Part shown: in pieces, positions 47,963 through 59,700 of the stretch | How positions within the stretch are numbered: position 1 is the stretch's first letter | Layout of the letters: each line of letters starts with the position of its first letter | Source: a virus | Virus record (IMG/VR): IMGVR_UViG_3300027770_000050 | Span: 22,316 to 86,315 of that record | DNA: 64,000 nucleotides | Strand: one strand, 5' to 3' | Program-made: the position numbers and the translations under genes | Notes under the pieces: generated by a model | Told to the model about the DNA's origin: nothing | What the model saw: the letters and a program-made list of their open reading frames with translations, nothing else | Databases searched by the model: none

Positions 47963-48712
47963 ATGGCAGCACTTAATTTTCCCTCTTCACCATCCACAAA
48001 TGAGATTTACACAGCTAATGGTAAATCTTGGAGATGGGATGGCACTAGCTGGAAAACGTTTTTTACTTTAGGTGTTGATAGTGGTGGTACTGGTCTTACT
48101 GGAATTAGTGGGACCAATTCTTTTTTAGCTTCAAATAGTTCAGGTACAGGATTAAGCTATAGATCTCTTTTAGCTGGTTCTGGAATTACTATATCTCATA
48201 GTATTAATTCTGTCACTTTTGCAACTACGAGCAATGGAAATATAACTGGTTCAGGAACATCATCGTTTATTCCACTGTTTACTGGATCAGGTACTGCATT
48301 AACAAATTCTATCATGTCTCAAGCAGACAGTATTATTATAGTTAATGGAAGTATCAAAGCTCTTACAAAAAGTTTTAAAATTCCTCACCCTTTAGATCCA
48401 CAAAATAAATATCTCGAACATGGATCTTTGGAAGGACCAGAACACGGAATTTATCAAAGAGGAAGGGGAAAAGGATTTGGAGCTGTAGAAATTCAACTTC
48501 CAGATTATTTTCACGCTTTGTCTGAAGAAGATATTTCAGTAATAATCACATCTCGCATTCAAGCTGGATTATATGTGTCCGAAAGTAACTCATTTTCCTT
48601 TAAAGTCAAAAGGATAAAGACTAGCTTCTTACGTAAAGAATATATTGAATTTGATTATTTTGTGATTGGAGAAAGAAAAGATATTAAATTACAAGTTGAA
48701 CAAAACAAGTAA
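47963..48712 (+). CDS. Short fibre-like protein (LNFP/WRWDG N-terminus plus TKSF...LEGPE C-terminal domain)
   Basis: 249 aa; termini shared with neighbouring long fibres. Confidence 0.8.
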   Translation: MAALNFPSSPSTNEIYTANGKSWRWDGTSWKTFFTLGVDSGGTGLTGISGTNSFLASNSSGTGLSYRSLLAGSGITISHSINSVTFATTSNGNITGSGTSSFIPLFTGSGTALTNSIMSQADSIIIVNGSIKALTKSFKIPHPLDPQNKYLEHGSLEGPEHGIYQRGRGKGFGAVEIQLPDYFHALSEEDISVIITSRIQAGLYVSESNSFSFKVKRIKTSFLRKEYIEFDYFVIGERKDIKLQVEQNK

Positions 48713-48727
48713 TGATGGAGAATAATT

Positions 48728-51700
48728 ATGGCAGAAAATAACAATCCTCAAGATTTTGCAGAAAAGGTTTTGCAATCTCTTAAAAAACAATCCAGAGCAG
48801 TAGATTTATCTGATAACAACTTTGAGGAAACTGCTGTTCAGCAAGAAACTGTTGTTAAGCAAGAAACTGTTGTTAAGCAAGAAATTGTTCAACCTGTTTC
48901 CCAAGATTTTACTGCGTTGGGAAGTCAATTACAAGGTGGTTTGGGACCAGCAAGTGGTGGCAATAAAGATCTTGTTGTAGTCCCTGGTTACGGTGGAACT
49001 GCTGCAACATCTACATCACAAATAAACTTCTACTGGAATGCTCCTGCTGTACCTGACTCAACAGGTGTGGATACAAATGTAAGAGCAACTATTTTCAACT
49101 ACGCTACTTCTGTAACTAACCCTGTTCTTGTCATTGGTGGTTATAACGGTACTTCACAGTTCAAACCACACCCTACTTATGGTGGCGGAACAGGTGTTAC
49201 TGCTAAAATATTTATAGATCCATTCTTGGGTAGAATTGATGTTGATCAAATTGGTCTCAACTCTACTGGTGTTGGTATTTCAACTGATGCTGGTATTCTT
49301 ACTTATGATACCACACAGAGCAGACTTAGAGTAGGATTGAGTGGTATCGCTAAAACTGTTGCATTTACTGATGATATTCCAGTCACATCAGGATTTGCTA
49401 CAACTGCTAGAAATGTTGATTTAGTATCAGGTGCTAATAACGCTTCTCATTTCCTTACTTTCTCACTTACTTCAACTGGTTCAGGTGTTGCTCTTTCTTC
49501 TGACGCTGAACTTACATATAATCCATCAACTAATATCTTAACAGCAACAACTTTTTCAGGAGCTTTATCTGGTACTGCAACTACTGCTCAAAATGTAAAC
49601 CTTGCTGCTGGAGCAAATGCCGCAAATCACTCTGTTGTATTCTCACTCAACGCAACAGGTACAGGAGTTGGATTATCTAGTGACGCTGGATTACAATATA
49701 ATCCTGCTACAAATGTACTTACTGCAGACGTATTCTCTGGTAACTTTACTGGTACTGCTGCGACAGCTACAAACTTCTTTGGAACATTTGTAGGCAACTC
49801 TTCAACTGCGACTACTGCGTCTAATGTTAATGTCGTCGCAGCTACAACTGCAGCATCACACTTTATCACTTTCTCTCCAGCATCTTCAGGAAGTGGTTTA
49901 GCTACTTCTGCTGACGCTGATCTTACATATAACCCAGCAACAAACGTGTTGTCTGCTTCTGTTTTTACTGGTAACTTTACTGGAACAGCAGTCACCGCTA
50001 CAAACTTCTTTGGTACATTGACAGGTAATGTAACTGGAAATCTTACTGGAACAGCTACTACTTCACAAAATGTGAATACCACAGCAGCAACTACAGCTGG
50101 TGCTCACTTTGTATTATTTTCTCCAGTAAACGCTACTGCTTCTGGAGTAGCAGTATCATCTGATGCTCAATTGCAGTTCAATCCAGGAACTAATGTACTT
50201 ACAGCTGATGTATTTTCAGGTAACTTTTCAGGAGCCGCAGCAACAGCTACTAACTTCTATGGGACATTAACTGGTAATGTAACTGGAAATGTTACAGGAA
50301 CAGCTACTACCGCTCAAAATGTAAACACTACATCAGCTGCAACTGCTAGTGCTCACTTCTTATTGTTTAGCCCAGTCAATGCTACTGCTTCTGGAGTAGC
50401 TGTTTCATCAGATGGTACATTACAGTTCAATCCTGGCACAAATGTTCTTTCTACAGATGTATTCTCTGGTAACTTTACTGGCACTGCTGCTACAGCCACT
50501 AACTTCTATGGAACATTAGTAGGCAATGTTACAGGAACAGCCACTACTGCTCAAAACGTCAACTTAGCTGCTGGTGCAAACAATGCAAACCACGCTGTAG
50601 TTTTCTCATTAAACTCAACTGGATCAGGCGTTGCGTTATCTTCTGATGCTGCGTTACTCTACAATCCATCAACTGACACTTTATATTCAACAAACTTTAG
50701 CGGAGCATTCTCAGGTACAATTACTGGCATTGCAACATCATCTAGAAATATAGATTTACAAGAAGCTACTGCAAACTCTACACATTATGTAACTTTTTCT
50801 CCATTAATAGCATCTCCATCATCAAACGCTGGTGTTGCATTATCATCTGACTCAAGCTTAACATTTAACCCATCTACTAATGTATTCTCATTAAGTACTG
50901 GTAGTTTGATAGCTAATAGTGTAAGAGTGGGTACTAGTGCAAACACTGTTGATACATCATCAGGAAACTTAACTTTAGATTCTGCTGGCGGACAAGTAAA
51001 CATCAATGACAATGTTATAATCCAAGGTAATCTTACTGTTCAAGGCACTACACTTACAGTTGATTCAACAATTACTACCATAGTTGATCCTGTCATTGTT
51101 TTAGGTTCAGGTGTTGGCGGAACACACTCTACTGCAGACAATAATCAAGACAGAGGTGTTGAGTTTAGATATGCAAGTAGTGGTACTGCTATTACAGGCT
51201 TCTTTGGCTTCCAAGACTCTGATTTTAAATTTAGATTTATACCTAATGCTACATTATCTGGAACAAATGTTTACAGTGGAAATGTTGGTGTCATAGTTGC
51301 AACATTAGAAGGCAATGTGTCAGGAACAGCTGTAACTGCTACAAACTTCTATGGAGCACTTACAGGAAATGTAACTGGAAATCTTACAGGAACAGCTACT
51401 ACAGCACAAACTCTCAATACAGTTTCAGCAACAACTGCTGCATCTCACTTTGTATTGTTCTCTCCAGCAAACGGAGCTTCTGGTGTTGCTGTATCAAGTG
51501 ATGCTCAACTTACCTACAATCCTAATACTGATGTACTTTCTGCGACTACATTCTCAGGTGCATTAACAGGTACAGCAACTACAGCTCAAAACTTGAACTT
51601 AGCTGCTGGTGCTAATAACTCTAACCACTCAGTTGTATTCTCATTAAATGCTACTGGATCTGGTGTAGCATTATCCAGTGACGCTCAATTAACATATAAT

Positions 51701-53473
51701 CCTTCTACTGATTTATTGTCAGCAACAACATTTTCAGGAAATGTCACTGGAACTGCTGTTACTGCAACAAACTTCTACGGAACCCATGTTGGGAACGTAA
51801 CTGGAAATGTTACAGGCTCAGCGACTACAGCAACAAATATAAATACAACTGCTGCTACAACAGCAGGAGCTCACTATTTACTATTCAGTCCAGTTAATGC
51901 TACTGCTTCAGGAGTGGCTGTTTCCTCAGACTCAACATTACAGTTCAACCCAGGAACAAATGTATTAACTACTGATGTTTTCTCTGGAAACTTCACGGGT
52001 ACTGCTGCTACTGCTACTAACTTCTATGGAACATTAACCGGAAATGTTACTGGAAACTTGACAGGAACTGCTACAACTGCTCAAAATATCAATACAACTG
52101 CTGCTACTACAGCAGGAATTCATTATTTATTATTTTCCCCAGTAAACGCAACTGCTTCAGGAGTTGCAGTATCTAGTGATACTACTTTACAGTTTAATCC
52201 AGCAACAAATGTACTTACCACTGATGTATTCTCAGGTAACTTTACAGGTACAGCAGTCACAGCTACAAACTTCTACGGAACATTCCAAGGATCTTCAGCT
52301 ACAGCAGTCACATCGCAAAATATAAATGTCGTTGCAGCGACTACTGCAGCAACACACTTCATTACATTTGCTACAGCTTCTTCTGGTAGTGGATTAGCAG
52401 TTTCTGCAGATACTGATTTGACTTATAACCCAAGTACAAATGTTTTATCTGCTTCTGTTTTCTCTGGAAACTTTACAGGTACCGCTGCAACTGCAACAAA
52501 CTTCTACGGAACATTAACTGGAAATGTAACAGGTAACTTAACAGGAACAGCCACTACATCTCAAAATATAAATACAACTGCAGCAACTACTGCTGGAGTT
52601 CACTATTTATTGTTCTCACCAGTAAATGCTACTGCTTCTGGTGTCGCAGTATCGTCTGATTCAACATTGCAGTTCAATCCAGCAACTAATGTTCTTACTA
52701 CTGATGTATTCTCAGGAAATGTTTCTGGTACTGCAGTTACAGCTACAAACTTCTATGGTACTTTTAATGGAACATCAGCTACAGCAACTACTGCGCAAAA
52801 TGTAAACGTAGTAGCTGCTGCATCTGCTGGTGCTCACTTCTTGCTCCTTGCTTCTGCAGCAAGTGGTAGTGGATTAGCAGTATCTTCAGATGCACAGTTG
52901 TCATATGTTCCAACAACTGACACACTTTCAGTAAGTAATATATTTGGAAGTGGTGCTGGTCTTACATTATCGGCCTCAGCTGCTCTAACAAACAACTCTT
53001 ACTTGACTATCCAAACGGTATCTGGTGATGACGCTTCTACTAGCGATTTCTTCATTAGAGGTATTACTTCTGGTGCTTCATCTAAGTTCTCCGTTGACGC
53101 AAATGGTAACTTAAGAGCTACAACCAAGAGCTTTGATATAGATCACCCTACAAAACCTGGTAAAAGACTAGTATACGGTGTTCTTGAAGGCCCTGAACAT
53201 GGTGTTTATCATAGAGGAACAGTTGAGGGTAAGGGCAATCTATTAATAGAACTTCCTGATTACTGGAGCAAGCTCGTAAATGATGACTACACTGTAACTC
53301 TTACTACTTATGGTAACTATTCAGTTCACATCATCGAGAAGTCAATGAATTCCTTTATAATTGGATTAAATGGACTAATGTTTATTAATAAATTTAAAAA
53401 TATTAAAGTTGATTATTTAGTACATGGTTCTAGAATAGACGCTCCACTTATTATTGAACAAGACGATCACTAA
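48728..53473 (+). CDS. Long repeat-rich tail fibre protein with C-terminal TKSF...LEGPE domain
   Basis: 1581 aa; many ~70-aa TATT.QN...H[FY]..FSP...SGVA.SSD..L.[FY]NP.TNVL...FSGN.TGTA.TATNF.G repeats; GGAG RBS. Confidence 0.88.
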   Translation: MAENNNPQDFAEKVLQSLKKQSRAVDLSDNNFEETAVQQETVVKQETVVKQEIVQPVSQDFTALGSQLQGGLGPASGGNKDLVVVPGYGGTAATSTSQINFYWNAPAVPDSTGVDTNVRATIFNYATSVTNPVLVIGGYNGTSQFKPHPTYGGGTGVTAKIFIDPFLGRIDVDQIGLNSTGVGISTDAGILTYDTTQSRLRVGLSGIAKTVAFTDDIPVTSGFATTARNVDLVSGANNASHFLTFSLTSTGSGVALSSDAELTYNPSTNILTATTFSGALSGTATTAQNVNLAAGANAANHSVVFSLNATGTGVGLSSDAGLQYNPATNVLTADVFSGNFTGTAATATNFFGTFVGNSSTATTASNVNVVAATTAASHFITFSPASSGSGLATSADADLTYNPATNVLSASVFTGNFTGTAVTATNFFGTLTGNVTGNLTGTATTSQNVNTTAATTAGAHFVLFSPVNATASGVAVSSDAQLQFNPGTNVLTADVFSGNFSGAAATATNFYGTLTGNVTGNVTGTATTAQNVNTTSAATASAHFLLFSPVNATASGVAVSSDGTLQFNPGTNVLSTDVFSGNFTGTAATATNFYGTLVGNVTGTATTAQNVNLAAGANNANHAVVFSLNSTGSGVALSSDAALLYNPSTDTLYSTNFSGAFSGTITGIATSSRNIDLQEATANSTHYVTFSPLIASPSSNAGVALSSDSSLTFNPSTNVFSLSTGSLIANSVRVGTSANTVDTSSGNLTLDSAGGQVNINDNVIIQGNLTVQGTTLTVDSTITTIVDPVIVLGSGVGGTHSTADNNQDRGVEFRYASSGTAITGFFGFQDSDFKFRFIPNATLSGTNVYSGNVGVIVATLEGNVSGTAVTATNFYGALTGNVTGNLTGTATTAQTLNTVSATTAASHFVLFSPANGASGVAVSSDAQLTYNPNTDVLSATTFSGALTGTATTAQNLNLAAGANNSNHSVVFSLNATGSGVALSSDAQLTYNPSTDLLSATTFSGNVTGTAVTATNFYGTHVGNVTGNVTGSATTATNINTTAATTAGAHYLLFSPVNATASGVAVSSDSTLQFNPGTNVLTTDVFSGNFTGTAATATNFYGTLTGNVTGNLTGTATTAQNINTTAATTAGIHYLLFSPVNATASGVAVSSDTTLQFNPATNVLTTDVFSGNFTGTAVTATNFYGTFQGSSATAVTSQNINVVAATTAATHFITFATASSGSGLAVSADTDLTYNPSTNVLSASVFSGNFTGTAATATNFYGTLTGNVTGNLTGTATTSQNINTTAATTAGVHYLLFSPVNATASGVAVSSDSTLQFNPATNVLTTDVFSGNVSGTAVTATNFYGTFNGTSATATTAQNVNVVAAASAGAHFLLLASAASGSGLAVSSDAQLSYVPTTDTLSVSNIFGSGAGLTLSASAALTNNSYLTIQTVSGDDASTSDFFIRGITSGASSKFSVDANGNLRATTKSFDIDHPTKPGKRLVYGVLEGPEHGVYHRGTVEGKGNLLIELPDYWSKLVNDDYTVTLTTYGNYSVHIIEKSMNSFIIGLNGLMFINKFKNIKVDYLVHGSRIDAPLIIEQDDH
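48824..48889 (+). repeat. 18-bp in-frame tandem repeat (QETVVK)
   Basis: CAAGAAACTGTTGTTAAG twice exactly, plus degenerate flanking copies. Confidence 0.85.
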
Positions 53474-53479
53474 AAATAA

Positions 53480-53507
53480 AAAGAAGGGAGGGAAACCTCC
53501 CTTCTTT
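53480..53507. terminator. Intrinsic terminator (GAAA loop), possibly bidirectional
   Basis: AAAGAAGGGAGG-GAAA-CCTCCCTTCTTT just after the 53473 stop. Confidence 0.85.
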
Positions 53508-53529
53508 AAATATCACCAAGGTAAATGAA

Positions 53530-53787
53530 ATGCACAAATTTAGGATTTTGTTAGCCTCGAATTTAAATGCTGCTTGGATTTCTATTGAAGAAGGCAACAT
53601 AAATATCGAAACAGGCATAAGAATAATGTATTCACTTCATGATTATGAAATGAATACATTAGAAAGAAGAGTATTTCAAATTAACGGTGATGATTTTTCA
53701 AACATTGGACTTAGTGGAAAAGACACTAGAATTGCAATTTTAGAATTATTGCTTGATACTCTCAACGCAATTATAGTTAAGGAATAA
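53530..53787 (+). CDS. Small hypothetical protein
   Basis: 85-aa ORF, AAGGT upstream, fills the gap between the terminator and the giant ORF. Confidence 0.6.
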   Translation: MHKFRILLASNLNAAWISIEEGNINIETGIRIMYSLHDYEMNTLERRVFQINGDDFSNIGLSGKDTRIAILELLLDTLNAIIVKE

Positions 53788-53795
53788 AATAATTA

Positions 53796-56700
53796 ATGGC
53801 TACAGATGTCATCATAGAACCTGGATCGGGTCAAATTTATTGGAATGATAGCGCTGGTTCTTCGCAATCAATTTCTATAAAAGGTGATGCTCAAAATACA
53901 ATTTCTGTAGTAGGTTATAGTGGTGCTTTTTCTCCTGGAAGTTCTGCTGGTGGAACTTTTGTAATTGCTTCTTTTAATGATAACTCAGGTACTTCTGCAT
54001 TTATTCCCGGAACTACTAACTACGATCTTGGTTCAACTACATACAGATGGTCAGTATATGGATACACTGGTAACTTTAGTTCTGATGTAGTTATTTCTTC
54101 CTCAACACAATCAACATCTGTAACTTCAGGTGCTTTAAGAGTTAATGGTGGTGTTGGTATTAGTGGCAGAATGTACTTCAATACTGCTGCTATGGGAACA
54201 ACAGGTATTGCTTCACCTCCAACATTTGCTTTTATTGGTTCTACTGGTGATCCAATATTTCTTCAAGTTTTAGAAGACAATTCACTTTCTTTTGAAGGAT
54301 CACAAGGACAGTTATTTTCTATAACTCCTAACCTTTCAACAGGTTATATTTATTCTGTTAATGATATTACAGGTATTCCATTATTACGTGCAAATGCTAA
54401 TGCTAATGTAACTGCTAATGAATTTGGTGGCAATTTTGGTATTGGAGTTACAAATCCTGGATACAAACTTCATGTAGTTGGTTCTGTCGGTTTTACTTCT
54501 ATTTCTGCTTCTACTAATCCAACTTCTGGAACATTAGTTGTTTCAGGAGGAGTTGGTGTTGGTCAGACATTAAATATTGGTGGAAGATTAAATCTTTGGA
54601 ACTCTGCTAATACTAACTTTACTTCTTTTGTAAGTACTGCAACTGGAAATACAGTATACAATCTGCCAGCCACTACTCCTGCTACAGGTACTTCAGTATT
54701 ACAATCAGATAGTGTTGGAAATCTTTCATGGGTTGGATTTGTTGCTAATAGTGCTAGCATCGCTACAACTGCTCAAAATATTAATACTGTTTTTGCAAGC
54801 ACTAATTCAACTCATCATATCTTGTTTTCTCCAGTAAATGGTGGATCTGGAGTTGCTGTTTCATCTGATAGTGGATTTACTGTCAATCCTGCCACAAATG
54901 TAATCACAGCAAATACATTCTCGGGAAATATTTCAGCAACTGGAACTACATCTGGATTTGTTGGAGTTACAGATAATACAGCTTCAACAAGTACTACAAC
55001 TGGAGCTTTAGTTGTTACTGGTGGAGTTGGTATTGGTCAGTCTGTCAATATTGGTGGAAGAGTTGGCATTGGTACTAACTTACTAAATGCTGCTTTAAAT
55101 ATTCAACTTCCATCTACTGCTACTTCTGGTATCGTTATAAAAGGGAATGGTTCCCAAACAGCAGATGCAATAACAACATTTAGCTCAACAGGAACTACTA
55201 ATTTTGCAGTTGGAGCTGATGGTCGTGTCAGACTTACTGGCATGGATGGTATTTGGACTTCCAAAGTACAGCAAAACATATTTGATGTGTCGGACGGAAG
55301 AGTAAACTGGAATTTATCAACCTGGCAATATTCAAACATAAACTGGGTTACAGCTGGAGCTAATATTACACAAGCTTCAGGACAGTTGTACATATATAAT
55401 TCTGGAACAACTTCTGTCACAGGTGTTGGTATTATTGCAACAGGATGGGATACTAGTGGAGCTAATAGAGTTTTTGGAATATTAACTCCTTCTGGCACAG
55501 AAAGATCATTTTTTAGAGGTTATGGAAACCTTGTAATTAATCCTAATAACCCCAACGGTTTGCATACTGCTTGGAATACCATGGATCTTATTACCTTGGA
55601 TATTTCTGGAACTGCGACAACATATTCTGGAAATATTATTAAGGGTAGTGTTGAATCAGTAGAAAGATTTTCCGTTGGTCCCTTTGGTAACACAAAAATT
55701 ACAGTTGGTACAGCTACTACTGCTACAGGTTTTATCGTTAAGGCAGTAGCATCTCAAACTGGAAACTTAATAGAAACACAATCATCAGCAGGAGCGACTA
55801 ATTTCTATGTAACTCCTAGTGGTGCAGTTAATGTTGGTTCTACAGCAGCATCAATTTCTACTTCTTCTGGAGCATTAACTGTATCTGGTGGAGTTGGTAT
55901 AGGTGGAAGTTTATACGTAGCATCAGCAACTGCAATATCAGGAGTAACAATAAATTCTGGTGTTATTACTGGTACTTTATCAGGATATGCAACAACAGCA
56001 AGAAATACTGATGTTTCACTTGCATCAACAAATTCTACTCACTTTGTAACCTTCACCACTGCTTCTTCAGGATCAGGATTAGGACAATCTGCTGACGCAG
56101 ATCTTACTTATAATCCATCAACAAATGTTCTTACAACTGGAACATTTAGTGGAAACTTATCTGCTACAGGTGTTACATCAGGTTTAGTTAGTGTCACAAG
56201 TTCAACAGCTTCCACATATATGGCTAATGGTGCACTTACTGTTTCTGGTGGAGTTGGTATTTCAGGACAATTATCTTTCAATAGAGCAGCTATTGGATAT
56301 ACTGGCATACCTACTAACCCAACGATGGCATTTATTGGAACAACAGGTAATCCCATAACACTTACTGTTCTTGCAGATAATGGTTTACAATTTGAAGGTA
56401 CATCCGGAAAGTTATTTGGCATAAATAATAATCTTTCTACTGGATTTATCTTTAGTGTTGGTGATATTTCAGGTATTCCATTATTAAGAGCTAATGCAGA
56501 TGGAACTGTAGCAATGGGAGAATTTGCTGGAAATATTGGAATAGGAATGTCCAATCCAGCATTCAAGTTGCATGTTATAGGATCAGTTGGTTTTACTTCA
56601 GTCACAGCATCAACAAATCCAACCTCAGGAACATTAGTAGTTTCTGGTGGTGTGGGAATTGGACAATCCTTAAATGTTGGTGGAAGATTACATTTATGGA

Positions 56701-59700
56701 ATGCTGCAAATACAAACTTTACTGCATTCTTAAGTGCTGCATCTGGAAATCATACATATACTTTACCTGCTAATGTACCATCTACAGGAACTTCAGTATT
56801 ACAAGCTGATACTTCTGGTATTTTGTCATGGGTTGGATTTAGTGCTAATAGTGCAAGTATAGCTACAACTTCTCAAAACCTAAATACAGTTGCTTCTACT
56901 ACATCTGCATCACACTTCCTGTTGTTCTCTCCAACTAATGGTGCTTCTGGAGTAGCTGTTTCATCTGATGCTCAATTAACTTATAACCCTGCAACTGATG
57001 TTCTTACAGCAAGTGTATTCAGTGGTAATGTCTCAGCTACTGCAGTAACCTCGACTAACTTTTTTGGAACTCTCACTGGAAATGTAACTGGAAATGTAAC
57101 AGGTACAGCTACTACTTCACAAAATGTAAACACTGTAGCTGCAACAACCTCAGCAACTCACTATCTTACTTTCTCTCCTGTAAATGGGGCATCTGGAGTA
57201 GCTTTATCTTCTGATGCTAATCTTACATTTAATCCAAGCACTAACGTTTTAACAACAGATATATTCTCTGGTAATTTATCTGCTACTGCTGTTACATCTG
57301 GATTTGTTGGAGCAACAGCATCTACACCTTCAACATCAACAACTACTGGAACTTTAGTTGTAACTGGTGGAGTTGGTATTGGACAATCTCTAAATGTTGG
57401 TGGAAGAGTTGGTATTGGCACTGATTTACTTACTGGTCAAATCAATATTAAAACTTCTTTAGCTGCAACTCCTGGCTTAGTAGTTCAAGGAGCAGCATCA
57501 CAAACAGCTGATTACGCACAGTTTTTTACTTCTACTGGTACCACATCATTAAGCATAACTAAAGATGCTGAAATAAAATTTCCTTTAGCTCAAGACATCA
57601 AATTATATGCGACAGCTTATGGTTCTGTTGGTGCAATAAAAACTACGGGCAACTTTTTTGCCTACGGTGGTTTAATTTTTGCTTATGGTGTTTCTGACGC
57701 ATTGTCAGCAGTGTTATCACCAACTTCTTTGTCAATAAGTCAATTGGACTGGTCTACATATAGTTCAGGCGCTACAATCAGATGGGCTACTAATAATGCA
57801 GTCAGAATACAACCTACTTCAACTTCTGTAGTACCTTTACATGTTCAACTTCAAAATGCTTCTTGGACTTCTGGAAATGCTTTTGAAATAGAAAACAATG
57901 GCACTTTAAAATTCAAAGTTGATTATGCTGGATCAACAACAATCTTATCAACAGTTGGATCAGGTTCTACAACCACTGGAGCATTAGTAGTAAGTGGTGG
58001 TGTTGGAATTTCTGGAGCAATATTTGGTGGTTCAACTATTTCTGCAGCTGATAATATTGAAATTAGATCAGCAAAAGAATTAAGACTTAATAACTCTGGA
58101 AATACATTCTACACTGGATTTAAAGCTGGGGCAAATGCTTCTAACACTACCTATACCTTCCCAGCAGCATATCCAGGATCAGGAACATCAGTATTACAAT
58201 CAGACACATCAGGTACCTTAACTTGGGTTGGAATTGTAGGAACCGCAACTACTTCACAAAATGTTAATTTAGCTGCAGGAGCTAATAACTCAAATCATTC
58301 AGTAGTCTTCTCATTAAATGCTACTGGTTCTGGAGTTGCTTTATCTAGTGATGCTGGTTTGCAATACAACCCATCAACAAACGTATTAACTGCAGATGTA
58401 TTCTCAGGTAATGTAAGTGCAACTGCTGTAACTGCAACAAACTTCTTCGGTACATTCCAAGGATCTTCAGCAACTGCAGTAACATCTCAAAATATAAACA
58501 CTACATCAGCTACTACTGCAGCAGCTCACTATTTATTATTTAGCCCTGTAAATGCAACTACATCTGGAGTTGCTGTTTCATCAGACTCTTCATTACAGTT
58601 CAATCCAGCAACTAATGTTCTTACTGTTGATGTATTCTCTGGAAATCATACAGGAACAGCTTTTACTGCAACAAACTTCTTTGGTACATTGACTGGTAAT
58701 GTAACAGGCAACTTAACTGGAACAGCAACTACTTCTCAGAATGTAAATACTGTTGCAGCTACTACATCTGCATCACACTTTATTACATTCTCTCCAGTCA
58801 ATGGTGCATCAGGTGTAGCATTATCATCAGACGCTAACCTTACATTCAATCCAAGTACTAATGTATTAACAACAGATATATTCTCTGGAAATGTAAGTGC
58901 TACCGCAGTTACTTCAACTAACTTCTTTGGAACACTGACTGGAAATGTCACTGGAAATCTAACTGGTACTGCTACTACAGCACAAAATATCAACCTAGCT
59001 GCTGGAGCAAATAATTCCAATCACTCTGTTGTATTCTCATTAAATGCTACAGGAACAGGTATAGCATTATCTTCAGATGCTGGATTACAATATAACCCTG
59101 CTTCAAATGTATTGACTGCTGATGTATTTTCTGGAAATGCTTCTGGAACAGCTGCAACATACACTAACTTCTTTGGTACACTAACAGGTAATGTAACTGG
59201 AAATCTTACTGGTACAGCTACTACATCTCAAAATATTAATACAACATCCGCAACTACTGCGGGAGCTCACTATTTATTATTTAGTCCTGTAAATGCAACT
59301 GCTTCAGGAATTGCTGTTTCAAGTGATGCTACCTTACAATTCAACCCTGGCACTAATGTTCTTACAACCGATGTATTCTCTGGAAACTTAAGTGCTACAG
59401 CTGCTACAGCTACTAATTTCTTTGGTACATTAGTTGGAAATTCATCTACTGCTACAACAGCTTCTAACTTAAATGTTGTTTCAGCTACAACAAACTCTGC
59501 ACATTATATAACATTCTCCCCTGCATCAAGTGGAAGTGGTTTAGCTACCTCAGCAGACACTGATTTATCTTATAATCCAAGTACTAATGTCATGACTGCT
59601 GGAGTTTTCTCTGGAAACTTCACAGGAACAGCTGCCACTGCAACTAACTTCTTCGGAACATTAGTTGGCAATTCTTCAACAGCAACAACAGCACAAAATG

